Positions 17,410 through 23,804 of a stretch of 32,775 nucleotides of DNA are shown here, piece after piece; the stretch's first letter is position 1, and each line of letters opens with the position of its first letter. The translations under genes were made by a program, and so were the position numbers. Origin of the DNA: a virus; IMG/VR virus record IMGVR_UViG_3300045988_041693, positions 1 through 32,775 of that record, one strand, 5' to 3'. The notes beneath the pieces are model-generated. The model was not told where the DNA came from. It saw only the letters and a program-made list of their open reading frames with translations, and did not search any database.

Positions 17410-17450
17410 TGTGCGCGCGTGGGTCAATAGTTAATGTCCATGTGCGCGCG
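17410..17450. promoter_or_regulatory. Direct repeat TGTGCGCGCG-N21-TGTGCGCGCG in the terS leader
   Basis: Exact 10-mers at 17410-17419 and 17441-17450, 17-57 nt upstream of the terS ATG. The GC-rich palindromic GCGCGC cores sit in an otherwise AT-rich region. Confidence 0.6.
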
Positions 17451-17555
17451 GTCTATTACTCCCTTAAGGGTGCGGGGACAAAAGTACATAACTTCTCACC
17501 ACAAACCAACCTGCAATCAGTCGTGAAAATCAAAAACATTTTACAAAGTAGGGGA

Positions 17556-17952
17556 TGGCACGGATAACGAACTGTCCCACAACGAGTTACAAGCGTTTTT
17601 GCCTACTGTGCCAGGCACGTTTCTGGTGGCACACCCCAGGTGGCACAGATAACTCGCTACGTATCAGAACGTTAGAGCGACTGTGCCACTGTGCCAGGCA
17701 AAAAGCACTTTTCTTACACTTGTTTTATAAAAAGTATTTATTACTGCTATCTCTACATTGCAATTACCATATATTTTTCCAAATAAAGTGTTATACCTAT
17801 TTTATACTATTTGGTGGCACAGCGTAGATAACTATATATAGGCCAGTGAGTTATCTGTGCCACTTGCTGTGCCACCCTACATTTTTCCCGGCACAGTAAC
17901 TGTTAATAGCATTGTGTACCAGTCAGTTAGGTGTGACAAGGACTGTGACAAG
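17556..17952. promoter_or_regulatory. Noncoding motif array B: about 10 copies of CTGTGCCAC/GTGGCACAG around an AT-rich core
   Basis: Forward copies at 17606, 17681, 17689, 17855 and 17867, with variant CTGTCCCAC at 17572. Inverted copies at 17626, 17640 and 17814, with a variant at 17888. AT-rich core at about 17700-17812. Confidence 0.8.
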
Positions 17953-18078
17953 CCTATATTTTTTACTCGCCGTAATTGATTATCAGCACGTTAGCACGAG
18001 GCGTCTTTTGATAAGGAATTTTCAATTAACAATCTAAACACTTTTTAAGAATTGAGATTTCATAAAATATAATTACAA

Positions 18079-18116
18079 AGGGCGATTTCTGACTATTTGT
18101 AAGCCGAAACCGCCCT
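18079..18116 (-). terminator. Probable rho-independent terminator ending the early operon
   Basis: In the minus-strand RNA, AGGGCGGUUUC-(16 nt)-GAAAUCGCCCU forms an 11-bp stem including one G-U pair, followed by UUUGUAAUUAUAUUUUAU. It lies 47 nt after the stop of the 137-aa gene. Confidence 0.6.
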
Positions 18117-18162
18117 TTTGCTATCATTTTTTAAAGGCATATGCTATTCGTAAGGGGTACTA

Positions 18163-18576
18163 TCATTTAGCAACTTTATCGCCCTCCCACCTGTCAAATA
18201 GCCAACCGTCAGCGCTCCAATACCAAATCATTATAGTCCCATCGGGAAAAAGGGTTGCACGGCTTATCCTTCCTTTCTTGTCTATGGTGTATCGCCTGGG
18301 TACGTCTTGTTCGTTCCTCCTCTCCTCATCGCGCCTTGCCACATCCCGGAAAAGGTATTGGCGCTTATTAACGTCCTGTTTATAGGTGAAGTCCTGCTCA
18401 CTGATGTAGGTTGCAAGATTATTTATCCATTTGCGACATTCACGGACCGATACGCTACCGCGCCCCCATCTATCTTTTTTAACGCCCCTCTCGAATCCGT
18501 ACCGCCTTATGAACTCCCAAATGATGAACGTGTGTACGTTTAGGCACACCGCCAGGTCCATGAATTTAACTCTCAT
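18163..18576 (-). CDS. Hypothetical basic protein (137 aa), last gene of the early operon
   Basis: Intact ORF whose start overlaps the preceding small ORF (ATGA). Arg/Lys/Trp-rich. No motif recognised. Confidence 0.55.
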   Translation of the reverse strand: MRVKFMDLAVCLNVHTFIIWEFIRRYGFERGVKKDRWGRGSVSVRECRKWINNLATYISEQDFTYKQDVNKRQYLFRDVARRDEERRNEQDVPRRYTIDKKGRISRATLFPDGTIMIWYWSADGWLFDRWEGDKVAK

Positions 18577-18703
18577 ATTTTTCGCCCTCCTCCATTCCGC
18601 GAGTTGCCATATACTTTGCCACCTGCCAAAGCACGGCTACAATACCAACTATGAAAAACACCACCGCGAATCCTGCGGCTACCCTAATTAACGTTTCAAC
18701 CAT
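18566..18703 (-). CDS. Small single-pass membrane protein (45 aa)
   Basis: Hand translation MVETLIRVAAGFAVVFFIVGIVAVLWQVAKYMATRGMEEGEKYES. The ATG at 18703 overlaps the end of the preceding small ORF. The track extends this frame to a TTG at 18832, which I reject. Confidence 0.45.
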   Translation of the reverse strand: MVETLIRVAAGFAVVFFIVGIVAVLWQVAKYMATRGMEEGEKYES

Positions 18704-18804
18704 CTTGCTATATTTTTTGTTATAAACAACACTACTGCCACACACCCTAAAATGTAAATGCCTACTAACATTACGAGCATTAAAACCATTTCTGCCTTTT
18801 CCAT
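18688..18804 (-). CDS. Small single-pass membrane protein (38 aa), absent from the ORF track
   Basis: ATG at 18804 is preceded by a perfect leader consensus, AATTTAAAAACAAAGATT. Translation MEKAEMVLMLVMLVGIYILGCVAVVLFITKNIARWLKR. Confidence 0.5.
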   Translation of the reverse strand: MEKAEMVLMLVMLVGIYILGCVAVVLFITKNIARWLKR

Positions 18805-18829
18805 AATCTTTGTTTTTAAATTGTTGATA

Positions 18830-18871
18830 CAAATATAACGCTTTTCCAGTTACGTCGGTTATTTCGTTAAC
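18830..18871 (-). promoter_or_regulatory. Promoter-like element copy R3 (GTTAAC-N28-TATATTTG on the minus strand)
   Basis: Plus strand has CAAATATA at 18830-18837 and GTTAAC at 18866-18871. It lies 26 nt upstream of the 38-aa ORF start. Confidence 0.5.
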
Positions 18872-18872
18872 A

Positions 18873-19022
18873 TCATTTAAGTATTAAACTATCTTTCAGC
18901 GATAGCCCGTACTCTAATTGCTGTAACTTGAAATTACGTTGTATGCTGTCCGCCACGTTCTGTACTACGGTGCAGCCTACCAATACGAGCAGGGCTGCAA
19001 TAACTGTTATTAACTTTTTCAT
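18873..19022 (-). CDS. Small lipoprotein (49 aa), absent from the ORF track
   Basis: Hand translation MKKLITVIAALLVLVGCTVVQNVADSIQRNFKLQQLEYGLSLKDSLILK. It has a signal peptide with lipobox L-V-G-C. The ATG overlaps the SNF2 helicase stop (ATGA). Confidence 0.55.
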   Translation of the reverse strand: MKKLITVIAALLVLVGCTVVQNVADSIQRNFKLQQLEYGLSLKDSLILK

Positions 19023-20407
19023 TTCTTACTGTAAAATTCCATAAGTTCTTTAATACTCTCCATTAACCCGTCTTGCGTCTCACGCTTACCTTCGAGTGAT
19101 TTTATTATCTTCTCGTCGATTGTGCCGCGTGTTACTATATGGTGTATCGTTACGGGCTTTCCTTGTCCCTGGCGGTACAGCCGGGCGTTGAACTGCTGAT
19201 ACAGTTCAAGCGACCACGTGTTACCGAACCATACGATATTGTGCCCTCCCTTCTGTAAATTCAGACCGTGCCCCGCTGATGCCGGGTGCGTAACCAGTAC
19301 GGGGATCTTCCCGGCATTCCAGCCGGCTATGTGCTCGGGTTTCTCTAACTTCACGGGCTTATAATCTTTTAACTTCTGCATGATGCGTTCAAGGTCATGC
19401 TTATACGAGTAGGCAACAAGAACGGGTTCACCGTTGGCGGCTTCTACAAGTTCTTCGAGTTTATCCAGCTTCTCGTCGTGAAGGTCTTTAACGTTTCGTT
19501 CAGCATCGTATATCGCACCGTTTGCGAACTGCTGTAGCTTATTGGATAGAGCCGCGGCACTTGCCGCGCTTATAGGTTCGTCCGAGTTTATGAGCTCCAA
19601 TATCTGTTCTTTCTCGAAGTCTCTGTACATCGCCAATACTTTAGGCGCGAGGTCTACGTAATCATACAGCATAATCTTATCCGGCATTTTCAAATAGTCC
19701 TCGGCAGTCATTGATATCGTTATGTCACTGATGAGGTCACTTATTTGCTGCTCAGTTTCGTTCTGGGGGGCTTTCAGTTCATAGGTATAAACTATATCAC
19801 CGTTGCGTTTCCCGGGTCTGAAAAACCTATCCCGGTACGCTGTCACCGTTTTGCCCAGCCTTTGACCCTCGTCAATCAAATACATCTGGGCAAAAAGGTC
19901 TATCAAACCGTTGGGGGCTGGCGTCCCGGTGAGACCGACAACGCGGGGGATGAATTTGCGTACTTTACGCATAGCCCGGAAACGCTTGGAGGCGTGGTTC
20001 TTAAAACTGCTCAATTCGTCGATAACTACCATATCATAGGGGAGTTTAACGCCCCCGCATTCCAGCACGAGCCAAACAATGTTATCACGGCTCACCGCGT
20101 ATATATCGGCTTTGGCTGCCATCGCTTCGCGCCTCTGCTTGGCAGTCCCGTCAATCACGGAGATGGTAAGACCCTGCAAGTGCTTCCAGTTCTTTATCTC
20201 GTCGCTCCACGTAACCTGCGTTACTTTCTTCGGAGCGATAACCAGGGCGTTACTTATGATGCAATTATCCAAAAGCTCTTTTATCGCGGTCAACGTGGTA
20301 ACGGTCTTTCCTAAACCCATATCCAGGAACAAAGCGCAATACTCGTTGTCTATTATATGGCTCACCCCCCGCTCTTGGTATTCGTGTAAATTGCTCCTAT
20401 CTAACAT
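19019..20407 (-). CDS. SNF2-family helicase/ATPase
   Basis: Motif I LDMGLGKT, motif II VVIDELSSF, motif VI QFNARLYRQGQ. Confidence 0.9.
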   Translation of the reverse strand: MLDRSNLHEYQERGVSHIIDNEYCALFLDMGLGKTVTTLTAIKELLDNCIISNALVIAPKKVTQVTWSDEIKNWKHLQGLTISVIDGTAKQRREAMAAKADIYAVSRDNIVWLVLECGGVKLPYDMVVIDELSSFKNHASKRFRAMRKVRKFIPRVVGLTGTPAPNGLIDLFAQMYLIDEGQRLGKTVTAYRDRFFRPGKRNGDIVYTYELKAPQNETEQQISDLISDITISMTAEDYLKMPDKIMLYDYVDLAPKVLAMYRDFEKEQILELINSDEPISAASAAALSNKLQQFANGAIYDAERNVKDLHDEKLDKLEELVEAANGEPVLVAYSYKHDLERIMQKLKDYKPVKLEKPEHIAGWNAGKIPVLVTHPASAGHGLNLQKGGHNIVWFGNTWSLELYQQFNARLYRQGQGKPVTIHHIVTRGTIDEKIIKSLEGKRETQDGLMESIKELMEFYSKK

Positions 20408-20600
20408 TTCCCGCCTCCTTTATTACTTTTTCGCATAGGCTTGTAAGCCTCATGAGTTCTAACTTTAAGCGCATAACGTCCAATACAGGGGCGCTTCCCA
20501 TTGCGCTTAAATCTTTGCCGGTAATACCGTTTACTTTAGTTTGTAGGTGGCAGCCCTGGGAGGCTACCTCTACCTTTATATAATTACATTTAGCCACCAT
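20397..20600 (-). CDS. Hypothetical protein (67 aa)
   Basis: Intact ORF filling the gap and overlapping the helicase start by 11 nt. No motif recognised. Confidence 0.4.
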   Translation of the reverse strand: MVAKCNYIKVEVASQGCHLQTKVNGITGKDLSAMGSAPVLDVMRLKLELMRLTSLCEKVIKEAGNVR

Positions 20601-20601
20601 C

Positions 20602-20865
20602 TTACATTAGTTTAGTTCGATACCATACGCAGATGCTTTTGAAATCTCTTTCCTCGGGAATCTCCCCGAGTTGTTTACGGGAAAGGAAAATAACGTCTTT
20701 GGTTATATCGTCTTCAAGTTGTTTCATTACTTGTTTCTCATCTCCGTACTTCTTATCACGTACATACAGCGCTCCGCTCTTTAAGCCGATGTACAGCCCC
20801 AAGCGGTATTCAATCTCATTCTTAATTCCTTTTTTCATGATTTCTATTTTAAAATTGTCCTTCAT
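20602..20865 (-). CDS. Hypothetical protein (87 aa)
   Basis: Intact ORF in tight operon packing. No motif recognised. Confidence 0.45.
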   Translation of the reverse strand: MKDNFKIEIMKKGIKNEIEYRLGLYIGLKSGALYVRDKKYGDEKQVMKQLEDDITKDVIFLSRKQLGEIPEERDFKSICVWYRTKLM

Positions 20866-21567
20866 AAATAAATAATCTCTCGGTAGCTTTTTTATCTGGG
20901 TTAACGCAATTCTGTATTGACTTCTCCCAAATCTTTATAAAGTCGTCTGGGGCTTGGTATTCGGAAATATAAACTTTATGCCCGTCGTAAACACGCTCCC
21001 GACACCACTGCCAAAACTCATCGTGGTTCAGACCGGTTGCATATCCTGTGGTACCCATATACGGGGGGGGTCGCAGTATATTATGGACTCCTCGGGAATT
21101 CGTAGTCCCCTGTAGTCCCCGGTACGAAATTCTACGCCCTGCAAATTGGGTATCTGCTTTGCTAGGCCCCTCACAGCCTCGGATATGCGGTCTTCATACC
21201 TGCCGTTACTTCTCATGTATGCGCCTGAGTAGCCACCAAAGAATCTACCCCTGTAAGAAGCCACAAACCCCACCCAGCCCATAAAACCAAGGTCGTATTT
21301 GCCAGACCCCGAACGAAAGCATGTCCTAACATCATTATACAGTTCGCGGCTTATTTGCTCGGGGTATTTCTCCCCGGATACCAGCCCCCTAAACATGGAT
21401 ATCAAATATTCGTTGTAATCGTTTGCTATTCTATTGCCCAATACTTTGTCAGTCACATTGCACCCACCGCAAAACGGTTCTACGAAATACTGTCCTTCTT
21501 TTCTGTCTGCCAAGATTAAAGGCAAAATTTCTTTTGCTATTCTTGTTTTACCGCCCATATACTGCAT
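20849..21567 (-). pseudogene. Dam-like (D12 class) N6-adenine DNA methyltransferase, interrupted by a frameshift in a G8 (plus strand) / C8 (coding strand) run inside the DPPY motif
   Basis: The N-terminal ORF (21028-21567) carries YMGGK and EPFCGGCNV and ends ...IIYCDPP+RIWVPQ. The C-terminal ORF (20849-21058) starts MGTTGYATGLNHDEFWQW... The intact paralog at 28283-28996 reads VIYCDPPYDG...FDHDRFWHW and has G6 at the same place (28500-28505, against G8 at 21063-21070). Confidence 0.85.
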
Positions 21568-21591
21568 ACTTGTTTACTTTTAAATTTGATA

Positions 21592-21930
21592 TTACAAAGA
21601 TAATGGTTTTTGCGATACCTTGGTTACTTCCTTAACCTTGTTTAAGAAGAAAGTTATCGCGTTGTCCCTGCTCTCCAAATCGTCTATGACGAATACCGTA
21701 AAGCCGAGCGCCCTTAACTTCTCGTGGACGTAGGATTGTATCTTTGTCGGCTTCTTCCCGGTGGTCTTTATCTCGGCAAAGCCTACGTAACCGCCCCGGC
21801 AAATTACCATTCTATCGGGCAACCCCTTTACAAAGGTGGATAATAATTTTATTACCCACACTTTCTTTGTTCTGTTTAGGAGCTCGGAGAATGTACGCTC
21901 TAAATCTTTTTCACTTATTATATCCTTCAT
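21592..21930 (-). CDS. VRR-NUC domain nuclease
   Basis: GLPDRMVICRGGYVGFAEIKTTGKKPTKIQSYVHEKLRALGFTVFVI matches the VRR-NUC pattern G.PD...-G..-fvEvK..g.kls..Q...-..l...G..v.v. Confidence 0.8.
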   Translation of the reverse strand: MKDIISEKDLERTFSELLNRTKKVWVIKLLSTFVKGLPDRMVICRGGYVGFAEIKTTGKKPTKIQSYVHEKLRALGFTVFVIDDLESRDNAITFFLNKVKEVTKVSQKPLSL

Positions 21931-22096
21931 TTCTCAATTTGTTTTCAAATACCACTGTTTCGGAGAATTCCCCGGCTTCGTGGTCTACTGTAGTCGTATA
22001 GATGTGCCCGTTATAATAGCCCCTATACTTTAAAACCTCTCCATTATGCACTATCTCGTCTCCGATACCGTACGCATATTCTTGCCTGCTTATCAT
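21911..22096 (-). CDS. Hypothetical protein (61 aa)
   Basis: Intact ORF overlapping both neighbours by a few nt. No motif recognised. Confidence 0.4.
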   Translation of the reverse strand: MISRQEYAYGIGDEIVHNGEVLKYRGYYNGHIYTTTVDHEAGEFSETVVFENKLRNEGYNK

Positions 22097-22860
22097 AAAG
22101 TGAATTGAATTGCTTTGTTTTCTAATTTATATTCGCACAAGACCTCCCGGTACGTTCCATCTGCACGCATTGCCGACATATTGCGATAGGAAAACTTTCC
22201 TTTCTTCGTCATACCGAAGTAGCGGAATAACCGCCCGTCGCACGTTATTATATAGTCGTGCTTCTCGTAGTTCGTACCTACGTGCCCTATCTTTAGGGAA
22301 CTCCTATGGTTGCCAAAAAGGTCGGTATACATTATCTTGAACGTTTTTGGAGGCAAGTGCGTTTCCGAGGTGTAAAGCCATTGTTTTAACTCCGAAAGGT
22401 CTGCGTATAGGTGGCTTCCCTCTACGTCGACACCCAAGTACATATAGGGGGTGTTACCAGTCATGAACACCGAGTAACCGACATACTTACCGTTCCACTT
22501 CGTTCCCTCGACATAAAACATTGCTGGCTTCATTGTCTCGTCCATGCAGAATACCGTCGTGTCGTCTCTTTCCTCGTCTTCTACGGGCTTTTCTGCCTCG
22601 GTCGGTATATCTGCCTCGGTCGGTATATCTGCCTTGGTTTCCTTTGAAAGCTCCGCAATTCGATACTTGCAGATGTGAATAATCTTTTCGTAGTCAAGCG
22701 TCCGCGCCTCTCCTTCCTTGCTGCGTAGCACGCGTTTCACTATATCCGCGTCCCAGGGGTTAAGGTTATACTCTTTCCAAATGTCCCATGGTTGTATAGC
22801 GTGCTTTGCATAATCGGACTTACCTACGTTGTAACTCTGTACGTTTTCACTTGTTGACAT
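22093..22860 (-). CDS. DUF3310-like N-terminal domain protein with an acidic repeat linker and an unknown C-terminal domain
   Basis: N-terminal SDYAKHAIQPWDIWKEYNLNPWDADIVKRVLRSK...LDYEKIIHICKYRIAEL fits the DUF3310 pattern (Y...iqP.dvi......f..gn.iKY..R...K....D..K...y...l). Confidence 0.65.
   Translation of the reverse strand: MSTSENVQSYNVGKSDYAKHAIQPWDIWKEYNLNPWDADIVKRVLRSKEGEARTLDYEKIIHICKYRIAELSKETKADIPTEADIPTEAEKPVEDEERDDTTVFCMDETMKPAMFYVEGTKWNGKYVGYSVFMTGNTPYMYLGVDVEGSHLYADLSELKQWLYTSETHLPPKTFKIMYTDLFGNHRSSLKIGHVGTNYEKHDYIITCDGRLFRYFGMTKKGKFSYRNMSAMRADGTYREVLCEYKLENKAIQFTL
22592..22627. repeat. 18-bp in-frame tandem repeat (two exact units plus a degenerate third), encoding (K)ADIPTEADIPTEAEKP
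   Basis: TCTGCCTCGGTCGGTATA at 22592-22609 and 22610-22627. Confidence 0.9.
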
Positions 22861-23008
22861 AACACAATATTATTTTATTTGTTTTGAACTCATTTTTATA
22901 GAACTCCCGTGCATCTTCCACGGTTGGAAACACCCCATCACCCGGGGTAGGATAATAAGAGGTACGCTCCCCTTCGTTTACCGCGATAACTTTTAATATG
23001 GTAACCAT
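22847..23008 (-). CDS. Small hypothetical protein (53 aa), absent from the ORF track
   Basis: ATG at 23008 follows TAAAAAAGCA. Translation MVTILKVIAVNEGERTSYYPTPGDGVFPTVEDAREFYKNEFKTNKIILCYVNK. It fills an otherwise empty 155-nt gap and overlaps the next start by 14 nt. Confidence 0.4.
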   Translation of the reverse strand: MVTILKVIAVNEGERTSYYPTPGDGVFPTVEDAREFYKNEFKTNKIILCYVNK

Positions 23009-23015
23009 TGCTTTT

Positions 23016-23216
23016 TTAGTCTTCCAGGTTGATAGCGTTCCTTAAGTCCCCGTAGCTTGTTTCTGTTATTTGGCGCGTGTACGTGTGTCCTACCATTCCG
23101 ATGAATGGCTTGTCGTCTACGTACATTATACGGCTGATGTGCTCCACATTAATAAACTCTACTTGCAATTCACCCCTAACTACGAACGTCAGTTCAATAA
23201 AATTTCCACTTTTCAT
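23016..23216 (-). CDS. Hypothetical protein (66 aa)
   Basis: The ATG is preceded by the consensus-like leader ATTTTAAAAAGAAAAGATT. No motif recognised. Confidence 0.5.
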   Translation of the reverse strand: MKSGNFIELTFVVRGELQVEFINVEHISRIMYVDDKPFIGMVGHTYTRQITETSYGDLRNAINLED

Positions 23217-23264
23217 AATCTTTTCTTTTTAAAATTGTATATACTTAATAACAAAAACACTTCT

Positions 23265-23675
23265 TTAATTGTTCAACGCTTCGACCATTTTTTTAAGCTC
23301 TCCGCGGCTTACGGCTATACTGAAAACCTCCGTTAACTTCTCTGTAATTACCCATGTGCCATTAAACTTTTGGAAATACGCCTCGTTGTTGCTCGGGTTG
23401 TTTAGGTTCACAGTCTCGCCCTTTCGGGGTTTGTATTCCGCAAGGCTTGCAAGCGTTACCGCTGCTTCCTCGGGTGTGCCTAAATGGACTTTCATAATAT
23501 ACCTTTCGGTCTCACGCGTTACCGCCTCAATGGTTATAGACCCATCTGTATCTACCAATTTGCAAACGCCCATGCGGAAGGACTTTAATACGTCCGGCTT
23601 ACCTTGTGACGTTATTTGGCTGAATGCTGATACACTTGTAAGAATTAACACTGCTAAAACTACTAATTTTTTCAT
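23265..23675 (-). CDS. Secreted or periplasmic protein with an N-terminal signal peptide (136 aa)
   Basis: MKKLVVLAVLILTSVSAFSQ is a signal peptide. The ATG at 23675 follows AATTTAAAAATTAAGATT. The track start at 23714 lies inside the promoter-like element, but it is in frame and cannot be excluded. Confidence 0.65.
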   Translation of the reverse strand: MKKLVVLAVLILTSVSAFSQITSQGKPDVLKSFRMGVCKLVDTDGSITIEAVTRETERYIMKVHLGTPEEAAVTLASLAEYKPRKGETVNLNNPSNNEAYFQKFNGTWVITEKLTEVFSIAVSRGELKKMVEALNN

Positions 23676-23716
23676 AATCTTAATTTTTAAATTGTTATTA
23701 TTTCCTTTTGACATTA

Positions 23717-23758
23717 CAAATATAGGGTTTATTCCTATACGTTGTATCTGTCATTAAC
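23717..23758 (-). promoter_or_regulatory. Promoter-like element copy R2 (GTTAAT-N28-TATATTTG on the minus strand), embedded in a 13-bp inverted repeat
   Basis: Plus strand has CAAATATA at 23717-23724 and ATTAAC at 23753-23758. The inverted repeat ATAGGGTTTATTC (23722-23734) / GAATAAACCCTAT (23768-23780) flanks it. Confidence 0.55.
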
Positions 23759-23804
23759 ACTGTTTAAGAATAAACCCTATTTTAGTCAATCTGTTAACAA
23801 GCCG

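Noticed and set aside
18566-18832. The 88-aa ORF as given in the track, and other extended track starts: 692 for 357-692, 8495 for 7476-8495, 30911 for 30288-30911, 2954 for 2409-2954 and 3337 for 2882-3337.
   Set aside because: The 18832 and 2954 starts are TTG codons, and 18832 lies inside promoter-like element R3. In each case an internal ATG carries the conserved A-rich leader and gives a sensible N-terminus, such as a TM helix or MKAMIKNARLSYV for the SSB.
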